The notes: a model not told the origin generated them from the sequence alone. Positions 43,486 through 53,633 are shown, numbered from the stretch's first letter. The stretch: DNA of 60,327 nt from Candidatus Omnitrophota bacterium (GCA_015494465.1 WGBD01000011.1:69553-129879), one strand, 5' to 3'. Made by a program: numbers and translations.

Positions 43486-44238
43486 CTAGGAAGAGATCTT
43501 ATCCAGGATCTCTTCGGGGATGTCGAAGTTCGAATACACATTCTCAATGTCGTCGTGCTCTTCCAGCGCCTCCATGAGGTTGAGGATCTGCCTGGCCACA
43601 TTCTCGTCCTCTATTCTCACGGTCGTGGAGGGGAGCATGGTGATGTCCGCGGATTGATACTCGATGCCAGCATCCTCCAAGGCCTGGCGTACGGTCTCCA
43701 GTTGGGACGGTTCACAGTAGACCTCGTAGGTGCTACCCTCGGTCTTCACATCTTCTGCCCCTGCCTCTAGGACCACCTCTAATAGCCTGTCCTCATCTAC
43801 CTTATCCTTATCCACGACGATTATCCCCTTTTTAGAAAACTGCCAGGCTACACTGCCTGCCCCAGCCATGTTCCCGCCCCGCTTGGAGAATATGTGCCTT
43901 ATCTCGGCGACGGTGCGATTCTTGTTGTCGGTGTAGGCGTGTATTAGTATAGCCACACCCCCCGGTCCATAGCCCTCGTAGACGACCGACTCGTAAGTTA
44001 CGCCCGGCAATTCCCCAGTCCCCTTCTTGATGGCCCGCTCTATGTTGTCTGCAGGCATGTTAGCAGCCTTGGCCTTTTCTATAGCCCGGCGCAGGCGAGG
44101 ATTGAGCTCAGGATCTCCCCCACCATCCCTCGCAGCTACGGTTATGTCTTTGATAAGTTTAGTGAAGAGCTTTCCCCTCTTGGCGTCTTTCGCTGCCTTC
44201 TTGTGCCTTATACTGTGCCACTTGGAATGCCCGGACAT
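43486..44238 (-). CDS. yebC: YebC/PmpR family transcriptional regulator
   Basis: [27 protein letters not shown] is the invariant YebC N-terminus. Confidence 0.95.
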   Translation of the reverse strand: MSGHSKWHSIRHKKAAKDAKRGKLFTKLIKDITVAARDGGGDPELNPRLRRAIEKAKAANMPADNIERAIKKGTGELPGVTYESVVYEGYGPGGVAILIHAYTDNKNRTVAEIRHIFSKRGGNMAGAGSVAWQFSKKGIIVVDKDKVDEDRLLEVVLEAGAEDVKTEGSTYEVYCEPSQLETVRQALEDAGIEYQSADITMLPSTTVRIEDENVARQILNLMEALEEHDDIENVYSNFDIPEEILDKISS

Positions 44239-44242
44239 AGAC

Positions 44243-45832
44243 CTACCTCCCTGCGGATATCTTATTCCTTCTCAACCTCGTTATCGTCTCCACTATCATG
44301 TAGACCGCCAAGAAAAAGAGGGCCAAGGCAATACCCCACAGCAGATAATCACTCTCCCAATATTCGACGGACTTCAAATATAAGGCAAAGAGGATGGTTA
44401 TCGCCATTCCACTGGAAGTCAAGAGGGCAAAGGACCTACCCTGAAGCCTCGCGCTCAAGAAAACGCCTATCAGCATCAAGACCATAACCGCTATAAGCTG
44501 ATTGGCAGACCCAAACAACGGCCAGACCGCCTTCCAGTGCCCGGAGAGGGCAAGTCCCAAAGCAGGCAAGACTACCAATGCGGAGGAGACATACCTATTT
44601 CTTATCCCCGTCAGCTCTTCCACTACGTACCTTGCGATACGAGTAGCGGTGTCCAATGTGGTGAGGACGAATGCGTTGAGCATGATTATCCCAAAGACCC
44701 TCCCCCAAGGCCCCAATATGGGAGTGGTCAGCTTGCCAAACCCCATAGAAAAGGCGGTAATAGGCCCTCCTGACTTCAACACTGCTCCGAGCTCCTGATA
44801 GGAAGCAAATCCAGTGATTATCGCCAAGGTGGATAGCAGGGCCAGGGCCCCTTCCGCGACCATGGCATTGTAGGCCACCAATCGGGCGTGACTTTCTTTG
44901 GCTATCTGGCGTACGGTCGTTCCGCTGGAGATAAGGGAATGGAAACCAGAGATGGCCCCACAAGCGACTATCACGAACAGCATTGGCCAAAAATCAAAGG
45001 GATGGCGTCCGTGATATTGGGCAAGATGTACGCTAGGGCGAGAGACGAATACGCCTATGTAGCCAACGATCAACCCAAAAAACAACAAGTAGGAGGAAAG
45101 GTAATCCCTAGGCTGTAACAGGAGGTGCACCGGTGTTATAGAGGCAAGAAAGGAGTAGGCCATGAGCAGGATAATCCACAGACCCAGTGCATCCTTCCCC
45201 CCTATGGATATGGGAAGGTATTGACCCAGGGCGAGCAATACCGACAGCAATCCAAGCCCCAATACCGTGCTCACCAGCAGGTTCCACTTCCTCAGGTTCA
45301 ACACATAACCTACCAGGATGGCTATAGGGATCAACCCCAGGGAAGGCAACACTATCTCTGGCCCCTGCACAAAGGTCTTTGCGGTTACCGATCCAAAGAC
45401 CGCCACTACCAACACCAGGGCCAGATAGAGAAAGACGGAAAAGATCAGGCGGGCCCTCCGAGACAACAACCGCTCCGCGATGTACCCCACCGACATCCCT
45501 CCAAAGCGCAGGGACATCATAAGGGCCCCGAAGTCGTGGAAACCGCCCACGAAGGTCGAGCCCAAGACGACCCACCAGTATACCGGTGCCCACCCCCAGA
45601 TGCTTATCGCCAACACTGGCCCAATAATAGGGGCTGCGCCGGCTATCGAGGCGAAGTGATGACCAAACAGGACCGGCCAACGGGCAGGCACCCTGTCCAC
45701 CCCGTCACTCTCCTTCACTGCTGGGGTAAGACGATCATCGTCTACCCCGAATACCCGCTCCAGCCAGCGGGAATAGATGCCCATACCGATCCCGAAGATA
45801 ACGAAGGCCACCAAGACCAATCCCAGGATCAT
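44243..45832 (-). CDS. cstA: Carbon starvation protein CstA-family transporter
   Basis: Polytopic, 529 aa; [18 protein letters not shown] is characteristic of CstA. Confidence 0.85.
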   Translation of the reverse strand: MILGLVLVAFVIFGIGMGIYSRWLERVFGVDDDRLTPAVKESDGVDRVPARWPVLFGHHFASIAGAAPIIGPVLAISIWGWAPVYWWVVLGSTFVGGFHDFGALMMSLRFGGMSVGYIAERLLSRRARLIFSVFLYLALVLVVAVFGSVTAKTFVQGPEIVLPSLGLIPIAILVGYVLNLRKWNLLVSTVLGLGLLSVLLALGQYLPISIGGKDALGLWIILLMAYSFLASITPVHLLLQPRDYLSSYLLFFGLIVGYIGVFVSRPSVHLAQYHGRHPFDFWPMLFVIVACGAISGFHSLISSGTTVRQIAKESHARLVAYNAMVAEGALALLSTLAIITGFASYQELGAVLKSGGPITAFSMGFGKLTTPILGPWGRVFGIIMLNAFVLTTLDTATRIARYVVEELTGIRNRYVSSALVVLPALGLALSGHWKAVWPLFGSANQLIAVMVLMLIGVFLSARLQGRSFALLTSSGMAITILFALYLKSVEYWESDYLLWGIALALFFLAVYMIVETITRLRRNKISAGR

Positions 45833-47055
45833 ACCCTCACCCCTTTCAAGAACAGGTTAAACAGCTCCGGCCCCGATCCTACAAATATTCCAGTGGAGGT
45901 ACAGGCATTCTCGTCGTAGCCAGAGACCCCGGCAGGGGATATGCCTTCGCCCCACAGGAGAAAACCCACCGGATCTGAGGTATGGGTCCTCACCCGCAAG
46001 GGCGTGGGATGATCGGGAGAGATGAGGATCCGCCCTCCCCGGGAGGCAAAGTATTGGTAGATGGGCCCTACGACCATGGCATCGAAACGCTCAAGGGCCC
46101 TCACCTTCTCCTCAATGTGTCCGTTATGGCCCGCCTCGTCTGTCGCCTCAACGTGCACCATCACGAAGTCGTGATCCTCCAAGACCTTTATAGCGTGTTC
46201 CGCCTTTCCCCGATAATTGGTATCGTAATAACCGGTAGCCCCCGGCACCTCAACCACCGTAAGGCCTACCTTCCTCCCCAACCCCTTCAACAGATCCACG
46301 GCAGAGATGATTGCCCCCTTGAGACCATACCTTTCTTCAAACGAAGGCATCTCCCTACCAACGCCCTGTCCCCACAGCCATATCATGTTGGCAGGGTTTT
46401 CACCCAGGTCCACGCGCACCTTGTTGACATCGCTCTTGGAGAGGACATCGACCGAGGCCTCCATAAGCCCGCGTACCAAACGCACCGCCTCTGCGTCATC
46501 CCCTTGGGGCAGATACCGCTCTATCTCTTCCCCCATTATGTTGTGGGGAGGGGTGCACTTAAGGGACAAAAAAGCCTGAGGCGAATCGGTAGTGATCACC
46601 AAGAGGTTGCGGTAACTGGTGCCAGCGTAGAACCTAATCTTATCCGAACCAAGGGCATTGTTCAGATCGTCTATCAGATATTCCGCCTCTTGGGTACTGA
46701 TGTGGCCCGCACTGTAGTCCACCATCTTCCCCTCGTAAACGGTGACCAGGTTGCACCGAAAGGCCACCTGATTGGAGGCGATGTCCACCCCTATGTTTGC
46801 TGCCTCCAAAGGGGCCCTGCCCGAGTAGAACTCTTCGGGGGGATATCCCAATAGGCTCATGTTGGCCACATCGCTGGCAGGAGAAAATCCGTCAGGCACA
46901 GTCTTCACCAAGCCGACGACCCCTTCCTTAGCCATGCGATCCATAAATGGGGTCTGTGCCACCTCCAGAGGGGTCTTGCCCCCCAAGGCGTCCAGAGGCA
47001 GATCCCAAGCACCATCGGGTACCAATAACACGAACTTTTCCGACATGACTACCAC
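45829..47055 (-). CDS. apgM: Cofactor-independent phosphoglycerate mutase, archaeal-type (ApgM)
   Basis: LLVPDGAWD, the metal-binding EATDEAGHNG and SPDHPTP motifs. Confidence 0.85.
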   Translation of the reverse strand: MVVMSEKFVLLVPDGAWDLPLDALGGKTPLEVAQTPFMDRMAKEGVVGLVKTVPDGFSPASDVANMSLLGYPPEEFYSGRAPLEAANIGVDIASNQVAFRCNLVTVYEGKMVDYSAGHISTQEAEYLIDDLNNALGSDKIRFYAGTSYRNLLVITTDSPQAFLSLKCTPPHNIMGEEIERYLPQGDDAEAVRLVRGLMEASVDVLSKSDVNKVRVDLGENPANMIWLWGQGVGREMPSFEERYGLKGAIISAVDLLKGLGRKVGLTVVEVPGATGYYDTNYRGKAEHAIKVLEDHDFVMVHVEATDEAGHNGHIEEKVRALERFDAMVVGPIYQYFASRGGRILISPDHPTPLRVRTHTSDPVGFLLWGEGISPAGVSGYDENACTSTGIFVGSGPELFNLFLKGVRV

Positions 47056-47062
47056 TAAAAAA

Positions 47063-47138
47063 TCGGGGCGAGAGGATTCGAACCTCCGGCCTCTGCGTCC
47101 CGAACGCAGCGCTCTAAACCAAGCTGAGCTACGCCCCG
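47063..47138 (-). tRNA. tRNA-Pro (anticodon CGG)
   Basis: Reverse complement: CGGGGCG TA GCTC AGCTTGGTTTA GAGC G CTGCG TTCGGGA CGCAG AGGCC GGAGG TTCGAAT CCTCT CGCCCCG A. The cloverleaf folds by hand with a 7-bp acceptor stem, a T-loop TTCGAAT and the anticodon loop TT-CGG-GA. No CCA is encoded. Confidence 0.9.
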
Positions 47139-47156
47139 ATTATTCCATTTTACTCG

Positions 47157-48476
47157 TCAATGATGGTAAAGTTCAACACCATCGACAGTGATCTCGGGGG
47201 GCACCATGGTGAATATCTCCCGAGCTATCTTGGGATACCTGGCTATGAACCGGAGCTCGTCCTCGGTAAGGGGCTTCTGGTTGTGCACGTTGGCATAGCG
47301 CACAAGCTCCAGGATCTCCTGGGCCTGCTTTTCGTCCTTAAACTTTATCTCCAACCTCTCGTATACATTGCGGAATCCCTTTATACCGCTGTACTCCCCA
47401 ACGGTGATCTGACGACCGGTCTCTATTATCTCAGGGGTACCCCTACCCAGCTCCTCGTAGTCGTACAGCTCGTAGTTCCTGCGGTCCTTCAAGGCACCGT
47501 CAGCGTGTATGCCAGATTCGTGGGCAAAGGCATTCTCTCCCACACCAGGTTGATTTATAGGTATAGGTATACCAAAAGCATAAGAGGCATACTTGCAGAT
47601 CCTCCAGGCCATGCTGAGGTTTATGTTCTCGTCCAAAGGATACTTACCACCAATCTGACTGCTGTACTTCAAGGCCAAGATAGTGGAAACCAGATCCGCA
47701 TTACCGGCCCTCTCACCGATCCCATTCACAGTGGTATTGACATAGGCATCAACGCCCGCATCTATCGCTGCTTTAGCACCGGATACGGTATTGGCCACCA
47801 CCATACCAAGGTCGTTGTGGCAGTGGATCTCCACTGGCAGTTTCACCTTCTTGGCCAACTCGTAGACCCGCTCGTATATGCTGAAAGGAGAGTCGTAACC
47901 CAAGGTATCGCAGTAGCGGATCCTGTCCGCACCCGCCTCCTTTGCAGCCATAGCAAACTCTATCAGGTAGTTCAGATCGGTACGGGAGGCATCCTCGGCG
48001 TTCACCCCAAGGGCCTTTATCCCCATCTCCTTGGCAGCCTTCACCGCATCCACCATCGTCTTAATAACCTTATCCCTATCGAGCTTGCCCTGGAACTTGT
48101 AGACGATCATCTGATCAGAGGTGGATATAGAGAGATTCACATACTCGAGATCCGGTACATACCGCTTGGCCACCTCCACATCCTTCCTTATCGCCCGGAT
48201 CCATCCGGACAGGCGCATGTCCGAGATCACGCCCATCTTGGCCAACTTTAGATTGGCGTTGAGGTAATTCCTCTCGTGATGGGTAAAAGGGAACCCGAAC
48301 TCGCTCTGCCATATCCCCATCTCGTCCAGATAGAGATTGATCATCGTCTTCTGGAGCTTGGACAGACAGATACGCGAGGTCTGCACGCCATCACGATTGG
48401 TCACGTCGATGATTCGGATAACGTTCTTCTTGGCCTTTTCTTTGGCCTGACTCTGCTGTTTCTCTTTATTCCCCAT
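47157..48476 (-). CDS. HMGL-like synthase of the isopropylmalate/homocitrate/citramalate synthase family (specificity unknown; no LeuA regulatory domain)
   Basis: TIM-barrel DRE-TIM motifs are present: IIDVTNRDGVQT (a variant of the LRDGEQ block), HCHNDLGMVVANT and HESGIHADG. At 439 aa it lacks the C-terminal LeuA dimerisation domain. Confidence 0.7.
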   Translation of the reverse strand: MGNKEKQQSQAKEKAKKNVIRIIDVTNRDGVQTSRICLSKLQKTMINLYLDEMGIWQSEFGFPFTHHERNYLNANLKLAKMGVISDMRLSGWIRAIRKDVEVAKRYVPDLEYVNLSISTSDQMIVYKFQGKLDRDKVIKTMVDAVKAAKEMGIKALGVNAEDASRTDLNYLIEFAMAAKEAGADRIRYCDTLGYDSPFSIYERVYELAKKVKLPVEIHCHNDLGMVVANTVSGAKAAIDAGVDAYVNTTVNGIGERAGNADLVSTILALKYSSQIGGKYPLDENINLSMAWRICKYASYAFGIPIPINQPGVGENAFAHESGIHADGALKDRRNYELYDYEELGRGTPEIIETGRQITVGEYSGIKGFRNVYERLEIKFKDEKQAQEILELVRYANVHNQKPLTEDELRFIARYPKIAREIFTMVPPEITVDGVELYHH

Positions 48477-48489
48477 GCTCTCTACCTCC

Positions 48490-50004
48490 TTATCGCTTTA
48501 CATTTAACTTGTTCACTGCATTCACGTAGGCCTTCACGCTGGCCTCCACTATGTCTGTACTGGAACCGTGGCTGTTTATCACCTGTCCCTCACCGAAGTC
48601 CACAGTGATGCTGGCCTCCCCCATGGCGTCCTTTCCCGAAGTCACCGCCTGTATATTGTAACTCAAGAGCCTACCCGGACGACCGGTGATCTTATCTATC
48701 GCCTTATAACAGGCATCCACCGGACCATCCCCTTGGGCGGTCTCGCTGTAAACAGTATCGCCAAACTTCAGGTACACCCGAGCAGTCGGGAGCCCATCCT
48801 TTGGGATGGTCACTTCTATACCCTCCAACTGCCACTTCTCCACGTCTACCCGCATAGTGGATTCCACCAAGGCGATGAGGTCCTCGTCAAAGACCTCCTT
48901 TTTCCTGTCCGCCAGGCGCTTAAACTCCTCAAAGATCCTGTCCAGCTCCTCCTTGGACAGGTCGAAACCGAGCTGGTGCAGACGCTCAGCCAGGGCATGA
49001 CGACCCGAGTGCTTGCCCAAGACCAGCTCGTTTTTGTCCAGACCGATGTCCTCTGGGGACATTATCTCGTAGGTCTGACGATACTTTAACACCCCATCCT
49101 GGTGGATCCCTGACTCGTGCCTAAAGGCATTCTTGCCCACTATCGCCTTGTTAGGAGCCACTACAAAGCCGGTAAGCCTACTTACGAGCCTACTCGCCCG
49201 GATGATCTCCCGGGTATTTATGGATGTCTCCACGCCGAAGTAGTCCTTCCGGACCTTAAGGGCCATCACTATCTCTTCCATAGCAGCGTTCCCCGCCCGC
49301 TCACCAATACCGTTGACGGTGCACTCCACCTGCCTTGCACCCGCCTTTACCGCGGACAAGGAATTGGCTACCGCCAATCCCAAGTCGTTGTGGCAGTGCA
49401 CGGATATCACCGCCTTGTTGATATTAGGCACGTTGTTGAGGATGTCCTTTATCAACTGCCCAAACTCCTCAGGGATAGCGTATCCCACAGTGTCGGGTAT
49501 ATTGATCGTGGTAGCCCCTGCGGAGATCACTGCCTCTATTATCCTGTACAAGAAGTCCCTTTCACTACGAGAAGCATCCTCCGGAGAGAACTGGATGTCG
49601 TCAAAGAATTGGCGGGCATACTTCACCGCCTCCACCGCTATCTCCAGGACCTCCTCCGGTCTCTTCTTTAGCTTAAACTCCATGTGAATAGGAGAAGTAG
49701 CAATAAAGAGGTGTATCCTCTTGCGCTCCGCAGGCTCCAAGGCGGAACTGGCAGAATCGATGTCCTTCTTCACACAGCGAGACAGCCCACAAACCGTGAC
49801 TCCCTTCACCTCTTTAGCTACCAGATTGACCGCTTTAAAGTCCTCCGGGGAAGAGACCGGAAAGCCTGCCTCTATCACATCCACCCCCAAGCGCACCAGC
49901 TGGTGGGCGATCTCCAACTTGCCCTGCGAATCCAGTGCAGCCCCGGGAGCCTGTTCTCCATCCCGGAGGGTAGTGTCGAATATCATTACCCTATCTGCCA
50001 CCAT
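48490..50004 (-). CDS. leuA: 2-isopropylmalate synthase
   Basis: FDTTLRDGEQAPG, HCHNDLGLAVANS and HESGIHQDG, plus a C-terminal LeuA allosteric domain; 504 aa. Confidence 0.9.
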   Translation of the reverse strand: MVADRVMIFDTTLRDGEQAPGAALDSQGKLEIAHQLVRLGVDVIEAGFPVSSPEDFKAVNLVAKEVKGVTVCGLSRCVKKDIDSASSALEPAERKRIHLFIATSPIHMEFKLKKRPEEVLEIAVEAVKYARQFFDDIQFSPEDASRSERDFLYRIIEAVISAGATTINIPDTVGYAIPEEFGQLIKDILNNVPNINKAVISVHCHNDLGLAVANSLSAVKAGARQVECTVNGIGERAGNAAMEEIVMALKVRKDYFGVETSINTREIIRASRLVSRLTGFVVAPNKAIVGKNAFRHESGIHQDGVLKYRQTYEIMSPEDIGLDKNELVLGKHSGRHALAERLHQLGFDLSKEELDRIFEEFKRLADRKKEVFDEDLIALVESTMRVDVEKWQLEGIEVTIPKDGLPTARVYLKFGDTVYSETAQGDGPVDACYKAIDKITGRPGRLLSYNIQAVTSGKDAMGEASITVDFGEGQVINSHGSSTDIVEASVKAYVNAVNKLNVKR

Positions 50005-50129
50005 CTACACCACTCCCTTCCTCTTTAAAATTTAGGTATTATACAACCAAAATAGAGATCAGGGGAAGGCCTATTTTCCTCAGATTATAAGACAGATTCT
50101 TTCAGAAAGATTTTTGTCTCATTGGGGGG

Positions 50130-51551
50130 CTAGTAAGCGCCCTTGGCAGAAAGAACCACCCAAACGGTCTTTGCCAGGATCATAAAGTCAAGCCAAGGGG
50201 ACCAATTGAGCACATACCACACGTCGGTCTCTATCCTGAACCGGTAATCCGTATCACTCCTGCCTGAGACCTGCCACAACCCAGTGATGCCGGGGCGGAC
50301 CATCAGATAATACTGGGCATCTTCCCCGTAGAACCTATCTATCTCCTCCTTAGTGACCGGTCTTGGGCCCACCAAAGACATATCCCCCTTTAGCACATTG
50401 AACAACTGCGGGAGCTCATCTAACGAGGTGCGCCTTAAAAACTTCCCCAACGGCGTAATCCTAGGATCATCGCTCAACTTCCTGTTCTCCTCCCACTCCC
50501 TTGCCTTCTCAGGGTCATTTTTCAGTATCTCATTCAATCTCTTATCCGCATCCTTGTACATCGTCCTGAACTTGTAAACAAAGAAGGGCCTGCCTTTATA
50601 ACCAATCCTCCTCTGGAGGTATATTATCGGTCCTTCAGAGGTAACCTTTACTAACAGGGCGACGATCAGCAGAAGCGGAGAAAGTATTACTATCCCCAGC
50701 GAAGACAAAACCACATCCATCGCGCGCTTTAAAAACCTATTCCGAGAGTAAAGCAGATTATTCCGCAAGTGGACCAGAAGTATGTTGTCCATAAACGGAG
50801 GGATTATCTCCGCATTCAAGAGGGAAATACCCTTTACCCCCGGCATAAACAATACCTTGCGCGAGGAAAGGTGTATCTGATTGACGAGGTCTATGACATC
50901 CTCCCCGGGCAGATCGGGCAGGGCCACCATAATCGTCCCCGCATCCACTGCCCGGGCAATCCGCTTAAACCGCTTTACCCCTATAAAAGCCTTAAACCTG
51001 CGTCCCGCCACATCCACATACTTACCCGGCACTTTATCGTCCACGAAACCCACTATGTTGTAACCCATCCCCTGCTCCTTCAAAATATACGAGGCACCGG
51101 ACAAAGCCACATTATTAATCCCCAAAATGAGTAGATTATCCCTGTATATACCCAACCTGCTTAAAAGAAGTCTCGTCAAATAGCGCACCACAGGAGATAT
51201 CACCAACAGTGCAAAGAACCACAACAGCAAGAAAAGCCGCGATATATCGTATATCTTGAAGGCAGAGGTAAAGGCCAGAAACAATATCTCCGCCAAGAAA
51301 AGATCCTCAACCGTATACTTTACCTCCACCCAGAAAGGCACACGCTTAACATAGACACCCCGGTAGAGGTCTACCAGAATCACAAATAGAAAATACAAAA
51401 ACGGCAGGAAATGTATGCGAGAATAATCCACCTGCCACGGCTTCACCAACCCACGCAACAACAAAGCCACCCAAAAGGCAATAATTACACTAAGAAACGT
51501 GGAAAAAACTAAAGAAGCAAAGAATATTAATTTGTTTAGTATGACACGCAT
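50130..51551 (-). CDS. Large polyprenyl-phosphate glycosyl-1-phosphate transferase (WbaP/EPS initiating enzyme type)
   Basis: Four to five N-terminal TM helices, a central Rossmann-like region, and a C-terminal sugar-transferase domain (GPIIYLQRRIG, YKFRTM, DELPQL, GDMSLVGPRP, RPGITGLWQV). Confidence 0.9.
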   Translation of the reverse strand: MRVILNKLIFFASLVFSTFLSVIIAFWVALLLRGLVKPWQVDYSRIHFLPFLYFLFVILVDLYRGVYVKRVPFWVEVKYTVEDLFLAEILFLAFTSAFKIYDISRLFLLLWFFALLVISPVVRYLTRLLLSRLGIYRDNLLILGINNVALSGASYILKEQGMGYNIVGFVDDKVPGKYVDVAGRRFKAFIGVKRFKRIARAVDAGTIMVALPDLPGEDVIDLVNQIHLSSRKVLFMPGVKGISLLNAEIIPPFMDNILLVHLRNNLLYSRNRFLKRAMDVVLSSLGIVILSPLLLIVALLVKVTSEGPIIYLQRRIGYKGRPFFVYKFRTMYKDADKRLNEILKNDPEKAREWEENRKLSDDPRITPLGKFLRRTSLDELPQLFNVLKGDMSLVGPRPVTKEEIDRFYGEDAQYYLMVRPGITGLWQVSGRSDTDYRFRIETDVWYVLNWSPWLDFMILAKTVWVVLSAKGAY

Positions 51552-51570
51552 GGAAAATTATTAACGAGTG

Positions 51571-52545
51571 CTATTCCCACCACAACACATTCATGGTTAA
51601 CCTTTTTACTAAACAAGCAGGTATTTTATCATAGTTATATCCAAGATTATATCCAATCCATTTCATTAATACCCTAAGTATACATTCTGGTAATAAAAAA
51701 TAGGTTTTTCTGTTAAGCAAAAATCTAATTTCGGATAGCACATATCTAAATCCTTCTCCTTCCGGCTTACCAAATTCACGTAAAATCCAATTTTCACACC
51801 TATGAAATACACCTATGTCAAAATACCTTTTAAATTCCTGCCAAACGGTATAGGAATGGGAATGGTAAACTCTGGCCTCTGACGTGTATGCAACCTTATA
51901 ACCTAATTTCAATATCTTTGCTCCGGCATAAGTATCCTCTCCTAAAATAAGTCCCGATTTAAACCAACCTATTTGCTCTAATACCGTTCTTCTATAGGCA
52001 GCGAAGCTATTAGACAAAAAAACCGTCTTTATGCCATAATCTACCTTATCCTTATACTCCCTTATATAAGAGATTTCCGGATAGTTAAAGTACCTCAAAT
52101 GCTTCCCAAATAAATTCGTATCTTCATACGGAACCTGCCTTCCAAAAACAGCCCCAATTTTTGCATCTTCGTAGAATGGTCTAACTATATTTTCTATAGC
52201 ATAACTATCGCAAGGCAAAGCATCTTGCGTTAAGTAAACTAAGATTCTTCCTTTCGCTAATTTCCCTGCTAAAGTCCTTGTACCTCCATGATCAAATTCT
52301 CCTCTAGGGATCGATATTACCCTTGCACCAAATGATTTAGCTATGTTTACAGTACCATCGATTGAGGAAGAATCTATTACTATAATTTCTTTACGTTCTA
52401 TAGTCTGTTTATTTAACAAATCCAGCAATTCCCTGATATGCTTCGAAGCATTGTATGTTGGGATTATAAGGCTAATATGTAATGATCTATCGTCGGCAGA
52501 TTTCACGAGCCCCTCTTCAGCTTCTAATTTCCCATTCTTTTCCAT
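51571..52545 (-). CDS. Glycosyltransferase family 2 (rhamnosyltransferase-like)
   Basis: SLIIPTYNASKHI...IIVIDSSSIDGT and a DxD-like QDA block. Confidence 0.8.
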   Translation of the reverse strand: MEKNGKLEAEEGLVKSADDRSLHISLIIPTYNASKHIRELLDLLNKQTIERKEIIVIDSSSIDGTVNIAKSFGARVISIPRGEFDHGGTRTLAGKLAKGRILVYLTQDALPCDSYAIENIVRPFYEDAKIGAVFGRQVPYEDTNLFGKHLRYFNYPEISYIREYKDKVDYGIKTVFLSNSFAAYRRTVLEQIGWFKSGLILGEDTYAGAKILKLGYKVAYTSEARVYHSHSYTVWQEFKRYFDIGVFHRCENWILREFGKPEGEGFRYVLSEIRFLLNRKTYFLLPECILRVLMKWIGYNLGYNYDKIPACLVKRLTMNVLWWE

Positions 52546-52580
52546 TCCCTAAGCTATTTCTTAATGAGAAGGCAACTTTA

Positions 52581-53603
52581 TCATTGTAGAATTTTCATCT
52601 CAAACAGCTTCTTGATCACATCTTGCGGGGTGATCAAATCCATACAGTAATTGCGATCCATTTTACATTTGTGTACATTGCACGGCTGACACTCAAGCAA
52701 TTTATGAAAAACAAAAGCAGTGTTAGGATATATGGGGCTATAATGTTTGGGATCCGTTGCTCCAAATATTACCAAATGCGGTATACCTAAAGCGGAAGCT
52801 ACATGAGAGAATCCACTATCTACAGTAACTACAACAGAAGAGTCTAAAATTTCAAAAACAGTATCTAGAAGCGGTTTGCTCACAAAAAAAACATTTCTCA
52901 ACCCACCACACATTTTTTTTATAGGATCTAATTCAATAGGAAGGCCTACAAATCTAATTGCGAGTTCAGGCTTTATCTTTAGCAATTCCCTACACAATTC
53001 AAAATAATATTTATCATTCCACTTCTTAAGTGCTTTAGAGGCTCCCGGATGTATAGTTACAATACACTTCCTATCCACATGAGGAACTTTAAAAATATTT
53101 TTAATGTCGACCTCGACATCCCAATCTATTAACCCCGCTAATTTCGCAAAAACAATTTCCCGTTTCATTAAAGGTAATGACTTATCGATAGGAATTCTTT
53201 TATCATAGAGAAACGAATTTTTATCTTTCCAACTTCCAATAACGAATATGTTTTTATTAAAAAATTTCAACATCTTCAAAAGTAGAGGAATTTTCCAACT
53301 CGTGAGATGATCTTGTGCATGAGGAGAAACTAACACAACATCCGGTCTGACACCTATTAAGTTTTTCAAGAATTTTAAGTGGAATCTTAAGTTACTCCTA
53401 AAGGAAAAAAGGGAAAACTCTAAAAACTTAACTCTAGGGACTTCGACATCGACTAAAGGTAAAAGCTCTTTATTCCTTTTGCTAATGAGAACGACTAGTT
53501 CATAATTAGGTGCTTTAGACAAATACCGAATAAGGGGCAAAGCAGACACAAAGTCTCCCAAGCCATAATAGAAACCCATCAAAATCTTCTTACGGGACTC
53601 CAT
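52581..53603 (-). CDS. Glycosyltransferase family 9 (heptosyltransferase-like)
   Basis: N-terminal GLGDFVSALP and C-terminal VDSGFSHVASALGIPHLVIFGATDP. Confidence 0.75.
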   Translation of the reverse strand: MESRKKILMGFYYGLGDFVSALPLIRYLSKAPNYELVVLISKRNKELLPLVDVEVPRVKFLEFSLFSFRSNLRFHLKFLKNLIGVRPDVVLVSPHAQDHLTSWKIPLLLKMLKFFNKNIFVIGSWKDKNSFLYDKRIPIDKSLPLMKREIVFAKLAGLIDWDVEVDIKNIFKVPHVDRKCIVTIHPGASKALKKWNDKYYFELCRELLKIKPELAIRFVGLPIELDPIKKMCGGLRNVFFVSKPLLDTVFEILDSSVVVTVDSGFSHVASALGIPHLVIFGATDPKHYSPIYPNTAFVFHKLLECQPCNVHKCKMDRNYCMDLITPQDVIKKLFEMKILQ

Positions 53604-53633
53604 ATCTCTTTCCTTAGATATTTAAACGATTCT

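Noticed and set aside
43452-43486. Inverted repeat after yebC as an intrinsic terminator.
   Set aside because: The 8-bp stem has a 19-nt loop and no downstream U-tract on the transcribed strand. This is too weak to call a terminator, so it is mentioned only in the context of the leaderless-promoter idea.
47063-47138. tRNA-Pro as an integration site for the low-GC island.
   Set aside because: The tRNA is more than 4 kb from the island border, separated from it by core-GC leuA-type genes and the wbaP-like gene. No integrase or direct repeat of the tRNA 3' end was seen.
47160-48251. Long plus-strand ORFs (363 aa here; also 26264..27154, 45982..46854, 45125..45919, 15238..16050, 18980..19750, 40744..41496 and 34624..35310).
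   Set aside because: Each lies antisense to a minus-strand gene with strong family motifs. Their translations are Pro/Arg/His/Leu-rich with no motifs and no Shine-Dalgarno. These are typical shadow ORFs of GC-rich coding sequence.
50005-50129. Possible T-box or leucine leader/attenuator upstream of leuA.
   Set aside because: The gap is only 125 nt, too short for a T-box. I found no run of Leu codons in a leader peptide. It contains only TATAAT-like boxes (TGTATAAT, TTATAAT) and an imperfect hairpin that may terminate the upstream glycosyl-phosphate transferase gene.
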